This document shows positions 30,601-39,900 of a stretch of 64,000 nucleotides of DNA, one piece after another. The notes beneath the pieces are model-generated. The model was not told where the DNA came from. It did no database searches and saw only the letters and a program-made list of their open reading frames with translations. The translations under genes and the position numbers were made by a program. The stretch comes from Auanema rhodensis (Eukaryota; Animalia; Nematoda): assembly GCA_964057225.1 (NCBI GenBank), contig OZ059895.1, forward strand, positions 12,896,001-12,960,000, in the 5' to 3' direction. The stretch's first letter is position 1. Each line of letters begins with the position of its first letter.

Positions 30601-32327
30601 AACGTAGAAAATTACATAACTAACATGAAATTGGAAAAAAAACAATAACGAGGATAAGTATGTAAATCATTGAATATCAGATATTTTCGCTTACGACCAT
30701 ACCACGTTGAAAGTACGCCATCCCGTCCGATCTGGCAAGTCAAGCAACGTTGGGCCCGGTTAGTACTTGGATCGGAGACGGCTTGGGAATCCCGGGTGCC
30801 GTAAGCTTTTCAAATTTTTTTAACGATCATACCACGTTACTTGGATCCGAGACGGCTTGGGAATCCCGGGTGCCGTAAGCTTTTCAAATTTTTTTAACGA
30901 TCATACCACGTTGAAAGTACGCAATGCAGCTGATTTTCAATTTTATCTCTTCCGTAACAAATGTTTTTAATTTTCCAGCAGTTTTACTTAGATAGCTCAA
31001 CCCAAGGCATCAAAATATCTTCAATCTTATTTCTATATTACAGTTATAAATCAGTAGTTTATGAACCTTCATCTTAACTTTACTGTTTCTATCTATTTCC
31101 TATTGAAACAAACATTGTTTAAACACTATACAACTGTGAAACCTTTTTTAATTTATTGTATTTGGATCTCATAAGATTTGATATCATCGAGGGATTTAGA
31201 TGTAACGTAGAAAATTACATAACTAACATGAAATTGGAAAAAAAACAATAACGAGGATAAGTATGTAAATCATTGAATATCAGGTATTTTCGCTTACGAC
31301 CATACCACGTTGAAAGTACGCCATCCCGTCCGATCTGGCAAGTCAAGCAACGTTGGGCCCGGTTAGTACTTGGATCGGAGACGGCTTGGGAATCCCGGGT
31401 GCCGTAAGCTTTTCAAATTTTTTTAACGATCATACCACGTTGAAAGTACGCAATGCAGCTGATTTTCAATTTTATCTCTTCCGTAACAAATGTTTTTAAT
31501 TTTCCAGCAGTTTTACTTAGATAGCTCAACCCAAGGCATCAAAATATCTTCAATCTTATTTCTATATTACAGTTATAAACCAGTAGTTTATGAACCTTCA
31601 TCTTAACTTTACTGTTTCTATCTATTTCCCATTGAAACAAACATTGTTTTAACACTATACAACTGTGAAACCTTTTTTAATTTATTGTATTTGGAGCTCA
31701 TAAGATTTGATATCATCGAGGAATTTAGATGTAACGTAGAAAATTACATAACTAACATGAAATTGGAAAAAAAACCATAACGAGGAAAAGTATGTAAATC
31801 ATTGAATATCAGATTTTTTCGCTTACGACCATACCACGTTGAAAGTACGCCATGCAGCTGATTTTCAATTTTATCTCTTCCGTAACAAATGTTTTTAATT
31901 TTCCAGCAGTTTTACTTAGATAGCTCAACCCAAGGCATTAAAATATCTTCAATCTTATTTCTATATTACAGTTATAAACCAGTAGTTTATGAACCTTCAT
32001 CTTAACTTTACTGTTTCTATCTATTTCCTATTGAAACAAACATTGTTTAAACACTATACAACTGTGAAACCTTTTTTAATTTATTGTATTTGGATCTCAT
32101 AAGATTTGATATCATCGAGGGATTTAGATGTAACGTAGAAAATTACATAACTAACATGAAATTGGAAAAAAAACAATAACGAGGATAAGTATGTAAATCA
32201 TTGAATACCAGGTATTTTCGCTTACGACCATACCACGTTGAAAGTACGCCATCCCGTCCGATCTGGCAAGTCAAGCAACGTTGGGCCCGGTTAGTACTTG
32301 GATCGGAGACGGCTTGGGAATCCCGGG

Positions 32328-34948
32328 GGGTGGCGGACGTTTCGTCGTCTCTAGTTTGTGAACTAGTTCAGGCTGATCATTAGAGGGCAAACTTTATGAT
32401 AATGTGCTGACAAGTGTCAGTGTTCATGTAACTCGGGGTGCTATTAAAGCTATAAATCTATAGAAGTCAGATATAAGTGGCTACATACCTTGAAGTGCCA
32501 TCAAATTATAAATTGAAAAAAGCAGAAATTAAAATAAACATACAGTTCTATCAACCAGGCTATCATCAAACAGTTTCAAGTCAACAGTTACGTGAGTTCA
32601 TTGTAATAGTTGTTAGTTTATCTTTTCTTTCGATAAGTTTGCTTATTCACACTTTCTCATCTTTTCTCGTTCATCATGATTTTTCCTTCTACTTTCTGTC
32701 CATTTTCTCTGATGATTAACGCTCAGGGTAAATTTGTTCTTGTTTCTCAGCCTTTTGATAATGTTCCTTCGGAGAACATAACTATCTTTTTTAATAATTC
32801 TTCGGTAAATACTCAGAATCTTGAAGTTTATTCAAATGATGTAACTTCACTCTCATTTTTGAATTTCACTCTTCCATCTTTCAATATCCCTCCATTGAGG
32901 CAGCAAAATGTTAATTTTGCTTCTGCTCTTTCTCTAGCAAATTCATCTGCGGCATCTTCTTCAGTTGAATCTGTTGCTACAGTTACTGTTCCTACTGTCA
33001 ACGGCGCTCCACTGTTCTCTTCTTCTACTTCACATCTTTCTATTCAGCCTTCTTCTTCTTCTTCTGCCGTTCATTCTTCACTGTCATCTTCTCTTTCTTC
33101 TTCTCCTCCTTCTGTTTCCTCTCCTTCTTCACCTGTTCTCTCTCCTTCTTCTTCTGTTCCCTCTCCTTCTTCTTCTGTTCCCTCTCCTTCTTCTTCATTT
33201 TCTTCGCAATCTGCAAATCCTAACTCATACGCCGCTCTCATTGCGCCTTCTAAGCAGGGTGTACACCCCTGTTTAGAATATAAATTTGAAAACTTGCTGT
33301 ATCGCTACCAATTCAGTAGTAAAAGTTCTCAAAAAACTTATTCTATTTATCGTTGCACGGGTTGTAAACATTTGGGTAAATACACTTCTATCAAAGTAGA
33401 AAATAATGTATTTCTCGAAAATCCTGTTGCTCAAAACCATCATTGTGATCCATTTTTGTTTTCTATTAACAAATGCAAAAATATCACATACTCTCTAACT
33501 CAGAATATCAAAAGTTCAGACTCATGTTTTGAGATGAAAGCTTATTCGTTATTTGTCAATGAAATAAAAAAAATATTTCATGAATCTGAGTTAGAAGAGC
33601 ATGAAAAGCAAGAAGTTTCCTCTGCTTGGTTTCATGGTGGCTATGATAGTAGACGTAGAGCTATTACAAGGGCTTTAAGTTCTCGTAAAGACTTAAGAAC
33701 ATCCATGACCAATGTTCCTCTGTCTTTGTCTAAAACTATCAATGGTCGTACGTTCTTGCATTTTCATGACAGCGAGTTTCATTTGTATTTTGATACATTT
33801 TGTTTGGAACTAGCTGTTCAGAATGGTTTAACTCATTTGCTTGGGGACGGTTGTTTCAAATACCAGCCTTTGGATATGGAACAAACATATACCATCATGG
33901 GCGGTTGCAGAAATGGAACAACTGTACCTCTTTTCTATTCCATTTTGAAAAATAAGAGTAGGTTCACTTATAGAAGGCTTCTTCAACATATTGCACTAGC
34001 TCTCTCCAACGTTGGTTGCATAGTTGAAAACCTTATTTTTATCTGTGATTTTGAGATCGCTGTAATAAGGGAAGCTGAAACTATTTTTAATTCTGTTCAA
34101 GGATGTGCATTTCATTATGCTCAGAGCTTGAACAGACGGTTTCTTCAACTGGGTTTGACACAAGCAGAGAAACAATCCATTGAAATCAAACAATGGCATG
34201 GTCGGCTGCTGGGCTTGCTCTTCCTTCAAACTGATCTTATCTCACGGTCCGGGTTACTCAATTCTCCCGTTTCTTCTGATCATCCATCATATTCTTCTTG
34301 TCTTCAAATGATCAGTTATGTGAATGAAACATGGATTGAAGGACCTTTGCGACATTATTGGAGCAAATGGGACATAAAACAGTTTCGTACATCTAATAAT
34401 GTTGAATCTTTTCACCGTAAAATGAAGACTATTTTATCTTGCTCTCATCCTCCTCTTTCTGAATTAATTACTTTTTTTCATGGTGAAAATTTGATGGCTA
34501 ATCATGTCCTGATCGCTTTGTCATCGAATGTTGAGCCTGCCAGGAAAAAAAGAAAAAACGTAATTGAGAGGCAACAACGGATTGAGGTTCAGTTTGAAAA
34601 CTTTAGGAGCATCTCCAATAACCGACTGCCTAATCAAGAAGAAATAATAGCATATGTCGAGGAGATGGCGAAGTTTAACACCAGAAAATCTTATTTTTGA
34701 ATCATTTAACTCGAAAAACTAAACTCTAATAAATTTTTTGAACCATATCTTTTTTTTCTAACACAAAAACCTCCTTGCCGTTTAGATTAGAAACCTTGAT
34801 TTTTTATGAACTGTTTAAGTTTTTGGGTAATTTTTAGAAGTCTAAACGACCAAAAACTGAGAGTACAACACGTGTGGTATAATTTACGACCGTTAGGCTT
34901 GCTTGGGAGAGGTTGTAAAAATAGGAGACGACGAAACGTCTCAGACCC
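32328..34948 (+). mobile_element. Mutator/MULE DNA transposon, 2621 bp, with 24-bp imperfect TIRs and 8-bp TSD ATCCCGGG
   Basis: Left end GGGTGGCGGACGTTTCGTCGTCTC; reverse complement of right end GGGTCTGAGACGTTTCGTCGTCTC. ATCCCGGG occurs at 32320-32327 and 34949-34956. Confidence 0.93.
32676..34700 (+). CDS. MULE-family DDE transposase (674 aa) with Ser-rich N-terminal region and FLYWCH/WRKY-like zinc finger
   Basis: Motifs GDGCFK, ICDFE, CAFH (CxxH) and TSNNVESFH, plus YRCTGC...HHC. The ORF is intact and AATAAA lies at 34728. Confidence 0.9.
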   Translation: MIFPSTFCPFSLMINAQGKFVLVSQPFDNVPSENITIFFNNSSVNTQNLEVYSNDVTSLSFLNFTLPSFNIPPLRQQNVNFASALSLANSSAASSSVESVATVTVPTVNGAPLFSSSTSHLSIQPSSSSSAVHSSLSSSLSSSPPSVSSPSSPVLSPSSSVPSPSSSVPSPSSSFSSQSANPNSYAALIAPSKQGVHPCLEYKFENLLYRYQFSSKSSQKTYSIYRCTGCKHLGKYTSIKVENNVFLENPVAQNHHCDPFLFSINKCKNITYSLTQNIKSSDSCFEMKAYSLFVNEIKKIFHESELEEHEKQEVSSAWFHGGYDSRRRAITRALSSRKDLRTSMTNVPLSLSKTINGRTFLHFHDSEFHLYFDTFCLELAVQNGLTHLLGDGCFKYQPLDMEQTYTIMGGCRNGTTVPLFYSILKNKSRFTYRRLLQHIALALSNVGCIVENLIFICDFEIAVIREAETIFNSVQGCAFHYAQSLNRRFLQLGLTQAEKQSIEIKQWHGRLLGLLFLQTDLISRSGLLNSPVSSDHPSYSSCLQMISYVNETWIEGPLRHYWSKWDIKQFRTSNNVESFHRKMKTILSCSHPPLSELITFFHGENLMANHVLIALSSNVEPARKKRKNVIERQQRIEVQFENFRSISNNRLPNQEEIIAYVEEMAKFNTRKSYF

Positions 34949-35445
34949 ATCCCGGGTGCCGTAAGCTTTTCAAATTTTTTTAACGATCATACCACGTTGA
35001 AAGTACGCCATGCAGCTGATTTTCAATTTTATCTCTTCCATAACAAATGTTTTCAATTTTCCAGCAGTTTTACTTAGATAGCTCAACCGAAGGCAGCGAA
35101 TTATCTCTAATCTTATTCCTATATTACAGTTATAAACCAGTAGTTTATGAACCTTCATCTTAACTTTACTGTTTCTATCTATTTCCTATTGAAACAAACA
35201 TTGTTTAAACACTATACAACTGTGAAACCTTTTTTAATTTATTGTATTTGGATCTCATAAGATTTGATATCATCGAGGGATTTAGATGTAACGTAGAAAA
35301 TTACATAACTAACATGAAATTGGAAAAAAAACAATAACGAGGATAAGTATGTAAATCATTGAATATCAGGTATTTTCGCTTACGACCATACCACGTTGAA
35401 AGTACGCCATCACGTCCGATCTGGCAAGTCAAGCAACGTTGGGCC

Positions 35446-35783
35446 TGTCGCTTGACAAACTGGACTTTTACCTCCAAGTATCAGTCCAAGTATGGAGTCG
35501 GTTCGTATGAGTGCGGTATTATGCGTTAAGACAAGTTAAATGAAGAAAGGTTTATTCAATAAATGCAACAACAGTAAAGTGAACAAGTGGATTGATTCTA
35601 GAAATTCCAAGAAATCCTAAAATCAATACAAAATTGGTGAGACATGAGTTTTTTCCATCTGGTTCTCCCTTTTATAGGGAGGCACCAGATGGATCAAGGG
35701 GAGGAGAATGTTTTTGCGAGACAAAGTAAGAATGAGTGAAAATCAGTATGAAACTTACATATTCTTTCACGTCGACCGTGACA
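35446..35783 (-). repeat. BEL element 3' LTR (338 bp)
   Basis: TGTCGCTTG...CCGTGACA; no differences seen from 45049-45386. Confidence 0.96.
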
Positions 35784-36276
35784 GTCCGCGCCTAAAGTCT
35801 TCTTTTTTGTTTGCTGAGCAGAGAGCAGAATGATGATCCGTTCCTTGACAGCGACTGCAGGTTATGTTGCAGTCGTCCATGTGCGCGGGGGCCAAGCATT
35901 TCACACAGATTCTTAGATGGTTACATCTAAGTGATCTGTGGTGGGCAGTTGGATATACTGGACAGTTGAACGAGCGATGGCCGTCGGCAGGAGTTGATTC
36001 ACAGAATACGCATGAGTTAGGGTTCTTTAGGTTGGCAAGATTGTTGGTATTGTTGAGGAGAAGCTGCGATTGCAAATAGAGTTGATCAATCTTTGCGTTT
36101 AGTTGCTCCAGAGCAGCTTCAATGTTGGACGCACGAAGACGACTCTTTTCTTCAAGAATAATAATATGCTTCAGTTTTAGCGGTTCGCTTGGAAGCTGCT
36201 CCATATTTGAAAGCTTCAAATCATCGATGATTGATAGGAGGTTATCGTTCATTCTGACCGAAGTAGGTTCGGTCAT
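35767..36276 (-). CDS. Accessory ORF: coiled coil plus Gag-like triple zinc knuckle (about 169 aa from ATG 36276), ending inside the 3' LTR
   Basis: CVFC..H...C, CVKC...H...C and CSRC....H...LC. Acceptor-like ACTTCAG lies just upstream on the minus strand (36292-36298). Confidence 0.75.
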   Translation of the reverse strand: MTEPTSVRMNDNLLSIIDDLKLSNMEQLPSEPLKLKHIIILEEKSRLRASNIEAALEQLNAKIDQLYLQSQLLLNNTNNLANLKNPNSCVFCESTPADGHRSFNCPVYPTAHHRSLRCNHLRICVKCLAPAHMDDCNITCSRCQGTDHHSALCSANKKEDFRRGLSRST

Positions 36277-36415
36277 AATGATCGTCCGCAACTGAAGTAT
36301 TTGTAAAATTTATCTCTATTTATACTAGATTTTTGTACCTCCCCCTTGAATTTTTCTTTTGTTTTCTTTAGATTCAAAAAAAAATTTTTTTTTTTTATAG
36401 TTGTAGTTGTTGCAG

Positions 36416-36542
36416 ATGTCACAAATACAGTATCAGATGGAAGAAGACGAGCTCGGTCCATATGAATTATGCGATCGATGTAAGGCTCAGGACACTCATC
36501 GTATACGGGAAGGCCCGGTAAGCTTATTGTTTTTTATTTATT

Positions 36543-36574
<32 letters not shown>

Positions 36575-36803
36575 ATCTCAGTATTGTTGCAGATGACGGA
36601 CGATGAGCTTTATCCGGAGGATGGAGTTGAGCCAACTCGGGAGCAGCTCATCTACATGTTCTCGAGGATGCCGTTGCCTCCCAACTGCAGATTCTGCAGG
36701 GCAAAGAACCCCCGCCACCACGAACGTGAGGAGGTAAGCTTATATATTTTAACTGTGAATGTAAGTATTCTTGCAGATCTCAGACGATGATAGTGAGGGG
36801 TAA
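36416..36803 (+). CDS. Predicted antisense three-exon gene in the BEL element (exons 36416-36517, 36593-36733, 36777-36803), 89-aa acidic protein with two CxxC motifs
   Basis: Both introns read GTAAGC...TTGCAG, are phase 0 and AT/T-rich (75 and 43 nt). Exons are GC-richer, the stop TAA is at 36801 and AATAAA at 36909. Confidence 0.72.
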
Positions 36804-36967
36804 CTTGTAACTTCAAATATATAGTGTTTTTGTTTTGTTTTGTTTTTTTTTTTGTTTTGTTTTTTTTTTTTTTTTTTAAGTGTTTATAAATTGTTCTTAT
36901 AGCTAATTAATAAAGTTTTTTTTTTTTTTTTTTTTTTTTTTATTATTACTACAGTAAGATTAGTGTT

Positions 36968-39900
36968 TTAATTTTTATTTGTGCTAGACTCAGCTCTGTG
37001 TCTAGGATTTCTGAGCATTTTTCTCATTAATGATGTAATTATCATCACAATTTTTATTATCTGAATGATTAGTTTTTGTATGCTTATGATTATTATAATG
37101 ATTGTTTGTACCCCTATTATATAAGATAATACTGGTATAAAAACAGTCATCAGGAGTAAGCATATTGATAATGCCCAGTTTGTTTTAACTACATTTAGAA
37201 TGTTTCTCCAGGTGTTAGCATTTGTCACAATGTTCATGATTGTTTTTTCAACGTCTGGAATTTCACTATCCCATTGTAAGGTTCCTTGTATGATCATGCG
37301 GTGTTTTTCATTGGCACATGTTACAAAGCATTCTTCATAGATTTCAGAATTCTCTGAGTAATATTCCACAGCTGTAAGTGGCATGTGTGGAGCGCATTCA
37401 ATCATGTATATGTTCTCACTACATTGCATTGTGATCCAAGACTCCTTTTGTGATATACACATGAACTCGGCAACAGCCGTTCTTCTGCAGCTGTGACACC
37501 CGGAAAGTTTTTTAAATTCCGGTCGACAAGGAAAGTCGTACAGGAAGGTACGAGACGACACATTCCCTTGTAGTTGAAGAACAACAGTTGATTCATCAGT
37601 TTGAGGAATAAGTGTTAATTTGTTTTCTTTCATGGTAATTAGGGTGTTCTTGGTGTTCATGGGTAATAAGTTTGCCTGATTGAAAATATTATCAGATGGA
37701 CAGGTACATGTTAGCTCTTCCCTTTTTGAAATTTTGCAGTTGCACAACCTCAGTATTTTACAAGAGTTAAATTCATTTGTAGTTTGATATTTGGTTTTGC
37801 ATGCTACTTCACTCATAGTATGAGGTTCCATGTAATAACTGTTTATGGTTGACAATGCATATTTGGTGTTCAAATATCGGGTTGGTGGCACAATATGGGA
37901 GATTGAGCTTATATTAAAGTTTGGAAAATTAACAGTGTCGTATGGTTTTAAAAGAATATTAATATTGGCTTTGTGTTTAAATAGATCATATTTTACCTCT
38001 AATGGTATATTTATTTCCCAAGAATCACATTCTACTATTTCATAAACTATTTCATTGATTGGTTTAAACTCAGTTTGATAGATTGAGCAACCGTCTTCAA
38101 GAGACCAACATCCGCAGAAAAGAGAGCCACATCGCCTAGCACAACCAACTTGTGTTGGTCCTTCTTTTTTATCAAATTCTTGTAATTGTCCAATAGGATT
38201 TATAGCTTCACAAGTGTGATTACAAGATCCTGATCCATAACAGGAATATTGAGTTTTGTATTGAATTGTGCTTTCTCGAGTATAATATAGCGTACTTTTC
38301 TGGCAAATGTATTCTGTTGGTTTTTTCGTTATTTCTATTTTGCCGATAGATTTATTTTGGTAAATGAATTCTAAGCAAGCGTCTCTTATGCCTTTATTGA
38401 AAATGATTTCATTATCGTATTCTTGATAACAATTTGTTCGATTAATGCAAATTATATTTATTGAATGCTTAATATGTGAGTTTGAACAAGATTCCACTGT
38501 TATTAATAATACCATGAGTGCTATCGATAATTGTAATGAAGTGAATGATGATGTTCTCATGTAATTTGGAATTTTAATAGTTTCTGGAATATCATTTTTC
38601 CATTTTGGAGTTACATTGTCAAACTTCGTGGTTACTGTGTTTTCCTTTTGTACGACTACATCGTCTGAACTTGTTAATCTTTTTGAATCAGGTTTTCCAC
38701 TTCTAACTTCGGTTAGTATCGTTTGCCAATTATCATTTAAAAATTTATACCAATATTGGTCATTTTTATGAGCTTTCAATACTCTTTTACAAATTGCTAA
38801 TATAGTAAATAATAGTATAATTGGTATGAAAAATGTTATCAAAGTCGTTAATGGATTACATTGAGGGAAATATAATGCTTCCGCTGTTAGCAATTCAGAG
38901 GATTGGCATGTAGCCTCAACTGTTGGAATTATCCCAAGAAGAGCTACTTTTGGAACAATCGTTTTCATTTTATTTTTCTTAAAATAACTTCTTACCGCTG
39001 CTTGACTACCTTGTGTTCTTGTTCTGAACCATCTATTTAGATTTGAAGGTTTGGATTCATTTTCGGTTTGAAGAGTTATCTCATTTGTTTGATCTTTCTC
39101 TTGTTCTAAGTTCGTATTATTAGAATCATTTTCGTCTCCTGCGTCGTTGATGATATTCATGTTGGGTGTATAGATTTCGAGTGGTATTACATTGTTACTT
39201 TGTTCACTTTCTTGAGTATTTTCAATAGTTTCAACATTTTCAACCCGATTTCCTTTTTGTGTTACCGTCCCGGTGATTAAAAATGGATTCACTTGGTATT
39301 TTTTATTGTATCTCATTGAGTGAGGTTCTGACGCAAACGGTGCTGCTTCTGCGTTTCTCACTTCTAGTGGATATATGTGGTTTAATGAACGAGTTGTTAT
39401 GAGACCAGTGCCAGTTATTAGTTTTGCAGATCTAACTTCCCCATCTGCACTTTTTATCAGTTCTATTATGCGTCCTAATTTCCATTTACCTCTACTTGAA
39501 TCCTCATTTTGTATTATAATAACTTCGCCTTCTTGTGGTTTCTTAGCGTTCGTTGCAGGTTGTTTTCTGTTGTGTTTGTAAATATCTCTAAGATAAAGTA
39601 AATACTCGGAATAGAATTTTTTCCAAAATAGTTGAGTTACATCGTTAGATAACTCTATTGCTTCAATGGCTTGCTCTATAGTTTGTATTGTCCTGCTATT
39701 GATAGTTTTATCATAAATTCGGGTATTCGATACGTTCGAAGAAAGTGTAAACCTGATGGAACGGTTTAAAAAATCACAAGGTCTGATAGGCAAAATGTTC
39801 AGGTTGGATGGGTTCGGATGTGTAAGCGGGCGAGTATTCAAAATTGTTTCGATTTTTACAATTACTGTATGTATATCATCAATTGACATTAATCTATTTC

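Larger units (their letters stand above)
1..32219 (+). repeat. 5S rDNA tandem array: about 41 full 529-bp units interspersed with about 24 truncated 399-bp units and a few rearranged units
   Basis: GCTTACGACCATACC starts recur at 49, 448, 977, 1376, 1905, 2434 and onward, spaced 399 or 529 bp apart. The AT-rich spacer is near-identical between units. Confidence 0.98.
32220..34967 (+). pseudogene. 5S gene interrupted by the MULE insertion
   Basis: 5S nt 1-108 lie at 32220-32327; the gene resumes with duplicated nt 101-108 at 34949. Confidence 0.93.

Noticed and set aside
1-32219. CRISPR-like array suggested by the recurring 29-nt motif
   Set aside because: The intervening sequences are near-identical rather than unique, the motif is part of 5S, the context is eukaryotic and there are no cas genes.
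32965-33276. Leu-rich 103-aa ORF that looks like a membrane protein
   Set aside because: Alternative-frame translation of the TCT-rich Ser tract of the transposase.
36407-36790. Unspliced 127-aa ORF with poly-Phe as listed in the ORF track
   Set aside because: The poly-Phe stretch is a poly-T tract bounded by GT/AG, so the spliced model was preferred.
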